In this document: piece after piece, positions 1 to 9,592 of the stretch
How positions within the stretch are numbered: position 1 is the stretch's first letter
Layout of the letters: each line of letters opens with the position of its first letter
Virus record (IMG/VR): IMGVR_UViG_3300044732_000442
Location: 1 to 64,000 of that record
Length of the DNA: 64,000 bases
Origin: a virus
Direction: 5' to 3' (one strand)
Translations under genes and position numbers: made by a program
Notes under the pieces: model-generated
The model's input: only the letters and a program-made list of their open reading frames with translations
Told to the model about the DNA's origin: nothing
The model's database searches: none

Positions 1-2
1 GC

Positions 3-314
3 CCAGCTTACACAAACTCTGGTGTTAACGCTGTTACTTCAGCCGCAACAGTTCAACCTCAAGGTCCTAAGTTAGACTTTTTCACTATCACTAAAGATAC
101 TGGAGCTTTCACTACAGCTAATATCAACACAATCGTTCAAACGGTTCAACAATTAGCTACAATTTACATCTATGAGTACACAGACGCTTCTGATGACACA
201 TTCGCAATGGCTATTTATCCAGTAGGCGCATGGACAACAGCAACTATGGACACAGCAGTTACAGCCGCTGGTGTTGCAGTTACAGTTGCCGCTTCTGCAA
301 CATTCACAGGTTAA
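3..314 (+). CDS. 3' part of a virion-type protein (5' end outside the window)
   Basis: Open frame from the window edge (PAYTNSGVNAVTSAATVQPQGPKLDFF...SATFTG) to TAA at 312-314, Ala/Thr-rich, followed by a terminator. Confidence 0.7.
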   Translation, partial: PAYTNSGVNAVTSAATVQPQGPKLDFFTITKDTGAFTTANINTIVQTVQQLATIYIYEYTDASDDTFAMAIYPVGAWTTATMDTAVTAAGVAVTVAASATFTG

Positions 315-332
315 TTTTTAACTTGAATAAAA

Positions 333-360
333 GGACCCGAGAAATTCTCGGGTTTTTTTA
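333..360 (+). terminator. Rho-independent terminator
   Basis: ACCCGAGAA-A-TTCTCGGGT inverted repeat followed by a T run. Confidence 0.85.
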
Positions 361-378
361 CCTCTATTAAATAGTAGT

Positions 379-837
379 ATGAGTTTTACTATTACTTGCT
401 ACACGCTATTTGATATTACACCTACTGGTGTAATGAATAGACATCGTCCTGTAGTTGATGAAGAAATACCAAATTGGTTACTACGAAGAAACACGCAATG
501 TAATTTTGATACGGTAGTACAATCAATTTCATTAAGAAGTCAACCTGACGTTAGAAGAAAACCAGAAAAAATACAAATACGTTTTGATCAATTTACTAAC
601 TTTGGATTTTTATACCAACAAATTGAAAATGAAACTTATGATTGTTGGTCATTTGACTTTGACATTCAGCATCCTAGTGTGTTTAATGATGGTATAAATG
701 AGTTAGGATCATTATATAGTGATTGTGATACAGTTCCTATGATTAAAACCGATACAGCTTGGAACAAACTTCCTGCGTTTTTGGATACATCAGATGAACT
801 TAGAAATATATATTTTAAAGTTGTAAACTATGGTTAA
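379..837 (+). CDS. hypothetical phage protein
   Basis: 152 aa ORF; TAAATA box 5 nt upstream of the ATG. Confidence 0.75.
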   Translation: MSFTITCYTLFDITPTGVMNRHRPVVDEEIPNWLLRRNTQCNFDTVVQSISLRSQPDVRRKPEKIQIRFDQFTNFGFLYQQIENETYDCWSFDFDIQHPSVFNDGINELGSLYSDCDTVPMIKTDTAWNKLPAFLDTSDELRNIYFKVVNYG

Positions 838-1315
838 ACGTAATAATCCAGAAAAACAGTTGGAAAGGTTAATGAAAGCTGACTTCCTAGGGGAAATAGA
901 AGATATTATTATTTTTCAAAATACTGATGGAAGCTATGAACTATTCAATACATATCACATTGATAAAACAATAAAAAATGAATATGTTGTTACAATGTCA
1001 ACCACATTTACTACACATTCATTTAATGAACTAAAACATGCTGTGGCTTGGTGTACTTATGATAAACGAAATTTATTATATCAATCTGAACGGATATTAT
1101 TATTGGATAACTTACTAGCAGGTTTAGATGTTGACATATCATTACATACCAAAATATTTAAAAATACTAAAAATTCCGATGATAAATTGATTTTTTTAGC
1201 CAAATTAAGTGAAGATAAACTGAAAAAAAAGCTGATTACTGATGAATTGTATACTTATATTAACGATTCTAAGCGTTGGCAGACTAACAGATTTAACAGA
1301 AAACCCGTACAATAA
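830..1315 (+). CDS. hypothetical phage protein
   Basis: 161 aa ORF overlapping the upstream stop, operon-like. Confidence 0.75.
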   Translation: MVKRNNPEKQLERLMKADFLGEIEDIIIFQNTDGSYELFNTYHIDKTIKNEYVVTMSTTFTTHSFNELKHAVAWCTYDKRNLLYQSERILLLDNLLAGLDVDISLHTKIFKNTKNSDDKLIFLAKLSEDKLKKKLITDELYTYINDSKRWQTNRFNRKPVQ

Positions 1316-1358
1316 AACAAAAAAGATAAATACTTTATATTAGTCTTGGAATATAACT

Positions 1359-2087
1359 ATGAAACTAACTGAATTTGACAACAAAAAAATATCAACTGCT
1401 AAACAGGCGTTGAATGAACACTATTCTCTTCCGTTCAATACAAAGAGAATGACCGTTACGGAAACTAAGTCTATGCTTAGTAAAGTTCGCGGATTGATTA
1501 ATGAAACTAAATCATCTGCTGAATTTTACCAAAGCCAAACTAGTCCATCGTACATGAAACTAGTGTTTATGGAACAAGCATTAGCTGACCATTTTAGCTA
1601 TTTGCAATCACTACCCAAAACTCGTATCGTTGTAGAAAACGAAGAAGTTGAGAAGTCACAGGTTGTTCTTGCAGCCCAAGACATGGTAGACCAAATACAA
1701 AAGATGGTTGAAGAAGTATCTGATATGCTAGTAAAAGAATTACCAGCATTAACATCAGGTGTTCAATCTGAGATCGGTGTGAATGAAAGTGAATCTTTCA
1801 ATCAACAAGTTACCGAAGCATTAACTTCTGTACAGGCCGCATTGACACAAAGTAAAGGTACAATGCAATCTGCATTGAATGGCATTACTGGTCAAGGCGG
1901 TGATATGATGGGCGGTAACCCTGCTGATAACGCATTTGGCGATGATTCAGGTGATATGTCTGCTGATTTAGATATGGATATGTCTACTGATGACGGTGAA
2001 GATGAATTCAGCGTTGATGATGATGTTTCTGTTGAAGAACCAGATGAAGAAATGCCCGTTGCAGGCGCAGGCCGTGCAAAGAGATAA
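1359..2087 (+). CDS. putative prohead core/internal head protein
   Basis: Late-type box at 1327; MKLTEF start, several [LIV]xE sites, helical core and acidic disordered tail; function inferred. Confidence 0.5.
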   Translation: MKLTEFDNKKISTAKQALNEHYSLPFNTKRMTVTETKSMLSKVRGLINETKSSAEFYQSQTSPSYMKLVFMEQALADHFSYLQSLPKTRIVVENEEVEKSQVVLAAQDMVDQIQKMVEEVSDMLVKELPALTSGVQSEIGVNESESFNQQVTEALTSVQAALTQSKGTMQSALNGITGQGGDMMGGNPADNAFGDDSGDMSADLDMDMSTDDGEDEFSVDDDVSVEEPDEEMPVAGAGRAKR

Positions 2088-2410
2088 TGAGATTATTTGA
2101 GCTTTCAAATCCAAACCCACTATTAGTAAGATTAGTTGCTGTCACAAGTCAGTTAACTAGCGATATTGATAGTGGTGTTGAACATTCTGACTGGTCAGTT
2201 GATGAGTTATTAAATTATTATAAAGATAACGATATCATATTAGCCAAAGAAGATTTGTATGATATGATTAAAAAGCCACCATTGAAGAATAGTATTACAA
2301 ACATTCAAGGTGATAAGGTTATATTTAAAGGTCAAGAGACCCCAGTAGAACCTGAAGAAGAAGATAGTAAAAAAGTTGTCAAACAAATGGCACAAAAAGC
2401 AATGAAGTAA
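2087..2410 (+). CDS. hypothetical protein (possible internal head protein)
   Basis: 107 aa ORF coupled by TAATG overlap; MRLFEL start. Confidence 0.65.
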   Translation: MRLFELSNPNPLLVRLVAVTSQLTSDIDSGVEHSDWSVDELLNYYKDNDIILAKEDLYDMIKKPPLKNSITNIQGDKVIFKGQETPVEPEEEDSKKVVKQMAQKAMK

Positions 2411-2411
2411 G

Positions 2412-2738
2412 ATGATAACAATCACTGAAAAAGCTTCAAACAAAATAAAACAAATAATAACAAAACGTGGTAAAGGTCTAGGAATACGAATAGGCGTCAA
2501 GACCACAGGTTGTAGTGGTTTGGCATATGTTTTGGAATATGTAGACTACTACAAATATGATGAATCCATAATAAATTACGCACAACCTAATTTTATTGTG
2601 TTAGTAGATAAAAAACATGATGTTTATTTAAAGAACATGATAGTGGATTATGTACGTAATGGGTTAAATGAGGGTTTTGAATTTAGTAATCCAAATGAGC
2701 GTGACCGATGCGGTTGCGGAGAAAGTTTTAGAGTTTAA
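2412..2738 (+). CDS. iscA: IscA/HesB A-type Fe-S cluster carrier
   Basis: ITITEKA N-terminus, TTGCSGLAY and C-terminal CGCGESF motifs. Confidence 0.95.
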   Translation: MITITEKASNKIKQIITKRGKGLGIRIGVKTTGCSGLAYVLEYVDYYKYDESIINYAQPNFIVLVDKKHDVYLKNMIVDYVRNGLNEGFEFSNPNERDRCGCGESFRV

Positions 2739-2747
2739 CCTAAACTC

Positions 2748-2776
2748 TTGCATTGGGTTATAAAATATATTATAAT
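2748..2776 (+). promoter_or_regulatory. sigma70-like promoter
   Basis: TTGCAT-17 nt-TATAAT, ATG 6 nt downstream. Confidence 0.7.
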
Positions 2777-2782
2777 AGTCTA

Positions 2783-3469
2783 ATGTACATTCCAAACAAA
2801 TATAATTATGTTCCTTTACTTAGGGAAACAATAAACGGGTCACGAAAATATGCCACACCCGATGGTGAGAAACTTCCTAGTGTTACAACGATACTAGATG
2901 CTACTAAAAGTGAAGAATCTAAACAAGCATTACAAAATTGGCGTAAGCGTGTAGGTGTTCAAAAAGCACAAGAAATCACAACAGAAGCCGCAGGCCGTGG
3001 AACACGAATGCACAAGTGGCTTGAAGATTACATTAAGACAGGAGTACTCAATGAGCCCGGAAGCAATCCGTATAGCTTGCAAAGCCATAAAATGGCCCAA
3101 TCAATCATTAATGAAGGTCTTGTTAAATGTAGTGAATGGTGGGGTACAGAAGTTCCTTTGTATTATCCAAAAATTTATGCAGGGACGACAGACCTAGCAG
3201 GTGTTCATGATGGTGATGAAGCTATCATGGATCATAAGCAAACAAATAAACCTAAAAAACGTGAGTGGATTGAAGATTATTTTGTTCAATTAGCGGCTTA
3301 TGCTAATGCACATAATGAAGTTCATGGCACAACTATCCGTAAGGGTGTTATTTTTATGTGTTCTGCCGCAAATGAATATCAAGAATTCATTTTAGAAGGC
3401 TCTGAGTTTGACAAGTACACAGATATCTGGTTTAAGCGTGTTGAAAAATATTACATGAGCTTTCTATAA
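2783..3469 (+). CDS. PD-(D/E)XK (Cas4/RecB-like) phage exonuclease
   Basis: LPSVTTIL, RGTRMH, YAGTTDL...IMDHKQ, QLAAYA motifs; start moved to ATG 2783 behind the promoter. Confidence 0.85.
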   Translation: MYIPNKYNYVPLLRETINGSRKYATPDGEKLPSVTTILDATKSEESKQALQNWRKRVGVQKAQEITTEAAGRGTRMHKWLEDYIKTGVLNEPGSNPYSLQSHKMAQSIINEGLVKCSEWWGTEVPLYYPKIYAGTTDLAGVHDGDEAIMDHKQTNKPKKREWIEDYFVQLAAYANAHNEVHGTTIRKGVIFMCSAANEYQEFILEGSEFDKYTDIWFKRVEKYYMSFL

Positions 3470-3512
3470 GAAATAATGATAAATAAGTGTAAATCTTCAA
3501 AGAATTACACTT

Positions 3513-5417
3513 ATGGCCATTATACAGATATCTAAAATCCAACAGCGTTCAGGTAACCTTGTAGACCTGCCACAGTTAGACGAAGCACAGCTTGGCTGGG
3601 CAAATGACGCTAAACGTCTTTTTATAGGCACTACAACACCCAATCCAAATGAAAATGTTGAAGTATTAACAGCATATTCAAATATTACCTTTAGTCAAAT
3701 TAACGGTAGTGAGGGCAATTTAAATATTTCTGCAGCCAGTAATGGTGAAGTATTAAGCTATGACGGAACCAATTGGGTTAATAAAGGCGGAACAACTGGC
3801 GGTGAAATCAATTTAGGAAGTGTTTCTAATATCACTATTACAGGTGGTGCTATTGGATATGTTTTAGAAACTGATGGGTTGGGTAATTTATCTTGGACTC
3901 CTAAAGGAACATTATATACCGAAATTGTCGCAATTTCTAGTGCCAGTACTGGTATCATGACAGTTGCAAATACAACACCGTATACTAACGGCCAATCAGT
4001 TACTATATCAGGTGTTTTAGGTGCAAACGCAAACAATGTTGTCAATGGTCAAACATTCTATGTAGAACTAGCAGTAGACTTTGCAACAACAGGTAACGTA
4101 GGCTTATATACTGATGCAAGTTTGACTGCTGGTTTGAATACTACTACACTAACTGCTACTGCAAATACAGGTATAGCTACTTCTGTAATTTCATCAGGTG
4201 GCGGGGCAGCCGCTGCCGGCGGAAGCAACACAACAATTCAATTTAACGATAATAATGTAATTCAAGGTAATGCTGGATTTACATTCAATAAAATTACAGG
4301 TGCAGTTGCTATTCCAGGAAATGTAACTGCAGGTAATGTGTCGGGTACATTATTAACCGGTACATTAACAACAGCCGCACAACCAAATATTACATCCGTT
4401 GGCACATTAACATCATTAGCAGTTACCGGCAACATCAGTGGTGCAAATGTAACTGGTACACATTATGGCGCAGCTACTGGGTTAACTTCAATACCCGGTG
4501 CTAATGTAACCGGTACTGTAGCTAATGCAACATATGCTGTAACTGCAGGTACTGTAACAACTGCGGCACAACCAAATATTACAAGTGTTGGCACATTAAC
4601 ATCATTAGCAGTTACCGGCAACATCAGTGGTGCAAATGTAACTGGTACACATTATGGCGCGGCTACTGGATTAACATCTATTCCCGGTGCTAATGTAACC
4701 GGTACTGTAGCCAATGCAACTTATGCAACAACTGCAGGTAGTGCGACAACTGCAGGTACTGTTACAACTGCGGCGCAACCAAATATTACAAGTGTTGGTA
4801 CATTAACAAGTGTTACTGTTAGTGCTAACGTTACAACCGGCGGAATTAAAACAGACAATTATTATTATGCTAATGGGGTAGCTATTAGTTTTTCGGGTGC
4901 ATATAGTAATAGCAATGTAGCAAGTTATTTACCTACATTTACTGGTACAGTAGGAGCCACAACGTTAACAGCCGGTTCCAATGTAACAGTAGGTACAATT
5001 ACTGGTAACTGGTCATTGAGTTCTGGTTCAAGATTGAATGCTACATACGCCGACTTAGCAGAATATTATGAAGCAGATAAACCATACGAATCTGGAACTG
5101 TAGTAGAATTTGGTGGATTCAAAGAAGTTACAATAGCGGAAGATGGCACAACAAGGGTAGCAGGTGTAGTATCAACTAATCCAGCTTATGTGATGAATTC
5201 ACAATGTAAAGGTGATTATATTGTAGCATTAGCATTGCAAGGACGTGTGCCATGTAAAGTTCGTGGAACTGTACGCAAAGGTGACATGCTAGTAAGTGCC
5301 GGCGAAGGTTATGCTAGACCAATGGTTCACCCATATATTGGTTCAGTAATTGGCAAATCATTAGAAAATTTTGATGGTATAGAAGGTATCATTGAAGTAG
5401 CAGTCGGAAGACTTTAA
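3513..5417 (+). CDS. tail fibre-like protein with C-terminal intramolecular-chaperone (peptidase G2-like) domain
   Basis: Gly/Thr-rich TTAAQPNITSVGTLT repeats; C-terminal YADLAEYY...GVVSTNPA...LQGRVPCKV...KGDMLVS...IGKSL. Confidence 0.8.
   Translation: MAIIQISKIQQRSGNLVDLPQLDEAQLGWANDAKRLFIGTTTPNPNENVEVLTAYSNITFSQINGSEGNLNISAASNGEVLSYDGTNWVNKGGTTGGEINLGSVSNITITGGAIGYVLETDGLGNLSWTPKGTLYTEIVAISSASTGIMTVANTTPYTNGQSVTISGVLGANANNVVNGQTFYVELAVDFATTGNVGLYTDASLTAGLNTTTLTATANTGIATSVISSGGGAAAAGGSNTTIQFNDNNVIQGNAGFTFNKITGAVAIPGNVTAGNVSGTLLTGTLTTAAQPNITSVGTLTSLAVTGNISGANVTGTHYGAATGLTSIPGANVTGTVANATYAVTAGTVTTAAQPNITSVGTLTSLAVTGNISGANVTGTHYGAATGLTSIPGANVTGTVANATYATTAGSATTAGTVTTAAQPNITSVGTLTSVTVSANVTTGGIKTDNYYYANGVAISFSGAYSNSNVASYLPTFTGTVGATTLTAGSNVTVGTITGNWSLSSGSRLNATYADLAEYYEADKPYESGTVVEFGGFKEVTIAEDGTTRVAGVVSTNPAYVMNSQCKGDYIVALALQGRVPCKVRGTVRKGDMLVSAGEGYARPMVHPYIGSVIGKSLENFDGIEGIIEVAVGRL
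4377..4754 (+). repeat. near-identical 189-bp (63 aa) tandem duplication inside the tail fibre gene
   Basis: GCACAACCAAATATTACA block starts at 4377 and 4566 with continued identity. Confidence 0.9.
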
Positions 5418-5435
5418 AATAATAGGAAAAATAAA

Positions 5436-5954
5436 ATGGCATCATACGTATATACAGGCAATGCAGTATCACAACAATCAGCAAATATTGCTACGGACAA
5501 GATTAGAATATCAACTACGGGTGTAGGTGTTCACCTTGTGACAGGTTATCCTAGAGTAGCTGGTACTGGTACAGCAACGGCAGCAACTAACAGTGCAACA
5601 GTCACTGGTGTTGGGACAGCATTTAATACTCAACTGTCAGTTGGTGCTTGGATAGGTAACACAACCGGAACAACCGTAGGAATTATATCAAGTATTGCAA
5701 ATGCTACTAGTTTAACACTAACATCTAATGCAAGTGTAGCACTATCAAATGTTGCATACACTTTCAACAATGCGGGAGTTCCTTATGCAATTGCTACACA
5801 GCAGTCAGCAATTTTTTCTGCTAATGACTCCTACAATAGTGTTTATTGCGGTCAAGGCAATGTAGTAGCGTTTCTTACTACTGGTAGCGGCGCAGGATCT
5901 GAATTCAGTATTACTGAACTTGGTGCACCACATGCCAATACAGGTACTCAATAA
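5436..5954 (+). CDS. putative virion structural protein
   Basis: Thr/Gly/Ala-rich beta-type sequence, AGGA ribosome site, in the fibre operon. Confidence 0.65.
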   Translation: MASYVYTGNAVSQQSANIATDKIRISTTGVGVHLVTGYPRVAGTGTATAATNSATVTGVGTAFNTQLSVGAWIGNTTGTTVGIISSIANATSLTLTSNASVALSNVAYTFNNAGVPYAIATQQSAIFSANDSYNSVYCGQGNVVAFLTTGSGAGSEFSITELGAPHANTGTQ

Positions 5955-5981
5955 TACAGTTTTTAGATAAATATATAATAC

Positions 5982-6037
5982 ACTTGCATTCTGCAAGTTT
6001 ATGCAGTTACCCACTGCGTAGCGGCTAGAACCCGCTA
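5982..6037 (+). promoter_or_regulatory. structured 5' leader (three tandem hairpins)
   Basis: ACTTGCA/TGCAAGT, TATGCAGT/ACTGCGTA and TAGCGG/CCGCTA between the late box at 5968 and the RBS. Confidence 0.55.
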
Positions 6038-6057
6038 ATTTTATAAAGGAAAATCAA

Positions 6058-7443
6058 ATGGGACGTCCTCTAAAAATCGCAAAGGCTCAAGCAGTCTTAA
6101 CAATTACTGATACAGCCGCTACAGGCAGTATCGTTACAATATCAGGTGGAAATCTAACAACATCGCCAACTGTTGGTGTAGCTAAAGGAATGCCATTCCA
6201 AGTAGCCACTACAGTCGGTGGTCTAACCGCAGGTGTTACATATTTTATAAATTCAATACTATCAAACACTACATTTGATGTATCTGCTACAGATTTAAGT
6301 GTTCAACCACAAGTTATGGCAACATTAACTGACACAAGTAGTCAAACAGTTAGTATGTCAGTTGGTGTAGTTGATGCTTACTTCAATAATCCAGTCGGTG
6401 GTGCAGGCTTCCCTGCAACTAACGCTAACACATACGGTGTAGTTGGTGGCAATACTAGTATTGTTGGTAAACAAGTCTTAACACGTGTTGCTATTGGTAT
6501 TAATGGTACAGGTACATTGTATTCTGCTACAAATACTGCATATGTAACTGGTATTGGTACTGATTTAGCTAATACATTAAGTGTTGGTTCTGCTATTCAG
6601 GTAGCAAGCGCAAACATTAATGGTAGCACAGACTACACTAGTATAGGTTTTGCAAACACAGTTCCAGGATTAACAACAGTTGCGGTTGCTAATACACAAA
6701 ATACAGGTAACATCATTGGTACTTCAGGTAATGCTCAAACATTATTAGCCAACGGAACAGTAAGATTTACTGCTAACTTAGGTGGTCTAGTTTCTGGTCA
6801 AGTTTACTTTGTCAAAGCAATCGCAAACGCCGCCGCATTTACTGTTTCTACAACATTGGGCGGTGCTGAAGTTGACTTGTCAAGTGCTACTGGTACACCA
6901 GACGCACAACAAGATGTAGTTGAATTAGTTGCAAATGCAGCCGTAGCTTCAACTGGAGCCGCATTTGTTTATGCAAATGATGAAGCTGGCTTTATTGTTC
7001 GTCAAAAAGGCAAAACAAAATATCTAGTAACAGGCGGCACAACTGGTTTAACAGCACAATGCTATACTGCTAACGTTGCAAATACAGCGTTGACACCAAA
7101 TACAATGAACATCTTGTCTACTGATGCAGCCTCTGCTACAGCATATGTTTCAAGTATTAATGACTATAACTCTGAAGTGTTCCCAACACAAGTTGCAGCC
7201 GGTTCATTATCAGCAGGTACTGTTTACACAATTTACAGTGCAGGTACAACAAACTGGACAGCAGTTGGTGCAATGGCTAATATGACAGGTATTACATTCA
7301 CTGCTACTGCCTCAGGATCTGGTACAGGTACTGCTGTTGCATATAGTGTTAACCCTGACATTATTGCTACATTCAATACTGCGGCGGCTGCTAATGCGGC
7401 TAACGGTCAACCTAATCCGATCGTAGTAATTGCTAGTGCTTAA
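6058..7443 (+). CDS. putative virion structural protein
   Basis: 461 aa, Ala/Thr/Gly-rich, late box and AAGGA RBS; repeated GGLxxGxxYF module. Confidence 0.7.
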   Translation: MGRPLKIAKAQAVLTITDTAATGSIVTISGGNLTTSPTVGVAKGMPFQVATTVGGLTAGVTYFINSILSNTTFDVSATDLSVQPQVMATLTDTSSQTVSMSVGVVDAYFNNPVGGAGFPATNANTYGVVGGNTSIVGKQVLTRVAIGINGTGTLYSATNTAYVTGIGTDLANTLSVGSAIQVASANINGSTDYTSIGFANTVPGLTTVAVANTQNTGNIIGTSGNAQTLLANGTVRFTANLGGLVSGQVYFVKAIANAAAFTVSTTLGGAEVDLSSATGTPDAQQDVVELVANAAVASTGAAFVYANDEAGFIVRQKGKTKYLVTGGTTGLTAQCYTANVANTALTPNTMNILSTDAASATAYVSSINDYNSEVFPTQVAAGSLSAGTVYTIYSAGTTNWTAVGAMANMTGITFTATASGSGTGTAVAYSVNPDIIATFNTAAAANAANGQPNPIVVIASA

Positions 7444-7445
7444 TC

Positions 7446-7757
7446 ATGGCAACCGGTAGAACTATTAAAATGCCAAAAACTGAAACCGAAATTGCAGTTC
7501 TTCAGGTAGAAGTTCAAAACATCACCGATGATATTCGTGAAATAAAAACGGATATCAGAGATATACACGTTGAAATGGTAAAAAACAACGATGATACTAG
7601 AGTGATGTTAAAGGGCATGAAGGACGCTAGTTCTTCAGCACATCAGGCAATGTCTGAAAAAATCTCTGCTTTAGAAAAGTGGCGATGGATGATGATGGGC
7701 GCCGGAGTTGTAATAGGATCACTGGGATTTGATACAATAGCAAAATTGCTAAAATAA
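7446..7757 (+). CDS. coiled-coil protein with C-terminal transmembrane helix (XhlA/holin-like)
   Basis: Heptad pattern followed by WRWMMMGAGVVIGSLG. Confidence 0.55.
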   Translation: MATGRTIKMPKTETEIAVLQVEVQNITDDIREIKTDIRDIHVEMVKNNDDTRVMLKGMKDASSSAHQAMSEKISALEKWRWMMMGAGVVIGSLGFDTIAKLLK

Positions 7758-7783
7758 AAAAAGAGACTTAGGTCTCTTTTTTT
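7756..7783. terminator. bidirectional terminator
   Basis: A7-GAGAC-TTAG-GTCTC-T7 between convergent genes. Confidence 0.85.
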
Positions 7784-8184
7784 GTAAGTGATTTTAATTT
7801 CTTCTGTACAACATCAAAGTTTACTGTACTAAATAACCCAGGATGCAATGGCTTAGGATATTGATTATCACCTACCCAAGCATACCCACAATGTTCATAA
7901 TTTAATACTGGAATGAATTCTTCATCTATCTTGCAAAAAAACGTATGATATGTGAATGTATTATTAACAAACTTTTGTATTGGTACTAGTTTTGCATGAT
8001 CTGGGAAGTACCCAATTTCTTCAGTACATTCTCTTTCAATACCTACAAGTAACGTTTCACCATTTTCTATTTTACCACCTGGTATTCCCCAATTGCCCGG
8101 ATTTTTATTATCCGTTCTAAGTAAGTATAGGAATCGTTGTGTATTTTTAGCGTAAAAGAAAACGCCTGCTGAGATATTATTCAT
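7768..8184 (-). CDS. Nudix hydrolase
   Basis: Nudix box GGKIENGETLLVGIERECTEEIG. Confidence 0.9.
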   Translation of the reverse strand: MNNISAGVFFYAKNTQRFLYLLRTDNKNPGNWGIPGGKIENGETLLVGIERECTEEIGYFPDHAKLVPIQKFVNNTFTYHTFFCKIDEEFIPVLNYEHCGYAWVGDNQYPKPLHPGLFSTVNFDVVQKKLKSLTKKET

Positions 8185-8194
8185 ATGCTAACAT

Positions 8195-8223
8195 ATTATA
8201 GCATAAAGTAAATTAGATTACAA
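8195..8223 (-). promoter_or_regulatory. sigma70-like promoter (extended -10)
   Basis: TTGTAA-17 nt-TATAAT with TG immediately upstream of -10, minus strand. Confidence 0.6.
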
Positions 8224-9589
8224 TACTATAATCACCCTGGTCGTACCAGCCTTCCCAAGATTTCATCCATGCACCTTCGGTATTAACATAGCGATACTGT
8301 ATGCTAGTTGTCAAATTGGTAACATATTCAACTGTAGTAGCTTGGGCACTATCAAATGATACAAACCATTCTCCCATAGAACTATCATATTCAATAATAT
8401 CATTGGCATATGCTACTACATTACCCCATGCGATAGTAGTATCACCTTCGCTACCTATGTTGTCTACTATTAAGTAACGCATTCCATTTTCTGCGGGAGG
8501 TAACCCTGCATTTGGTCCTGTGACTAATGGGTTAATCACGCTGTCTACAGGATCCAATGTATTTTGAGGCAGGGTATCTGGGTCAATATCATATATCAAT
8601 AATCTATCATCTACTGGGTCAGGCACAATAGTACCTACAATCTCAGTGTCCATAAAAGGATTCTGTAACCATATCTGACTAATACCCGGTCTTACAGTTC
8701 CGTATACATTCAATAGACTTGACCAATACAAACTTGTATTAGGGTTAGGTGGTAAATCTAAATCCTCATTGCTTGGATAAAAATCTTGATTAGCTGGTAA
8801 TAATTGTAAACTATTACCTATCAATAGTAACTTGTATCCATATGGAGTAATCTTTTGTCGTGTACCTAATAATAAATCATCATTCTGTATATCATCTAGT
8901 GCTTTACCAGAGAATATACTTGCTATAATCTTTTCAATAACACCCATCTTTTTAAGTTTAGCCGCATTGCTAATCCATATAGGCATATAGAATTTCCAAC
9001 TCATTACATCAATAGGATTACCTGTACCTTGTGGTATGCTACGACTGCTGAAGGTTAAACCATCTTGGTAAACAACTGATAGTGAAGTCCAATCAATAAA
9101 GTTATCAGTACTTTGTATTTCTAATGAAGGATTGAATAGTGTACCTAATTGTTCAATCAATTGTAATTTTTGATTATAATTAGTTGTCCACAAATCTACA
9201 GTCATTCTTAATGTATAAGGTACAGGCATCAATCTTTCAACAGTAAATGCTTGCCCTTGCACTGTTTCATAACTTTGAGTTTCTGTATTGTAACTACGTT
9301 GACGAACTTGTATCTTGTCAATGAATGTAGGATCTTGTGTTCTACGTTGATCGTATTCTAAAGCAGTAATATAATAAGTGATTAACGGTGCGCTAGGTAA
9401 ATTGCTAGCACTATTGTTAGCAATAATAGTACTTGCTTGTCTACTTGAATCACCATACATAATTGGTACACGAACAAGTATTTCATTACCTGCCGGGTCT
9501 TTACCTTTAGTAACATACCAATTACTAAAGATTTTTCCAAATTGAATTAGAAATCTGCGGACCTGATTATCATAAAAGAAAGCTGCCAT
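8213..9589 (-). CDS. tail completion/sheath stabiliser (T4 gp15-like) with C-terminal extension
   Basis: FFYDNQVRRFLIQFG, RVPIMYG, MPVPYTL...QKLQLIEQ...LFNP resemble the gp15 family. Confidence 0.75.
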   Translation of the reverse strand: MAAFFYDNQVRRFLIQFGKIFSNWYVTKGKDPAGNEILVRVPIMYGDSSRQASTIIANNSASNLPSAPLITYYITALEYDQRRTQDPTFIDKIQVRQRSYNTETQSYETVQGQAFTVERLMPVPYTLRMTVDLWTTNYNQKLQLIEQLGTLFNPSLEIQSTDNFIDWTSLSVVYQDGLTFSSRSIPQGTGNPIDVMSWKFYMPIWISNAAKLKKMGVIEKIIASIFSGKALDDIQNDDLLLGTRQKITPYGYKLLLIGNSLQLLPANQDFYPSNEDLDLPPNPNTSLYWSSLLNVYGTVRPGISQIWLQNPFMDTEIVGTIVPDPVDDRLLIYDIDPDTLPQNTLDPVDSVINPLVTGPNAGLPPAENGMRYLIVDNIGSEGDTTIAWGNVVAYANDIIEYDSSMGEWFVSFDSAQATTVEYVTNLTTSIQYRYVNTEGAWMKSWEGWYDQGDYSIVI

Positions 9590-9592
9590 ATA

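Noticed and set aside
2783-3469. Cas4 as part of a CRISPR system
   Set aside because: No Fe-S cysteine cluster, array or other cas genes; fits the ordinary phage PD-(D/E)XK exonuclease
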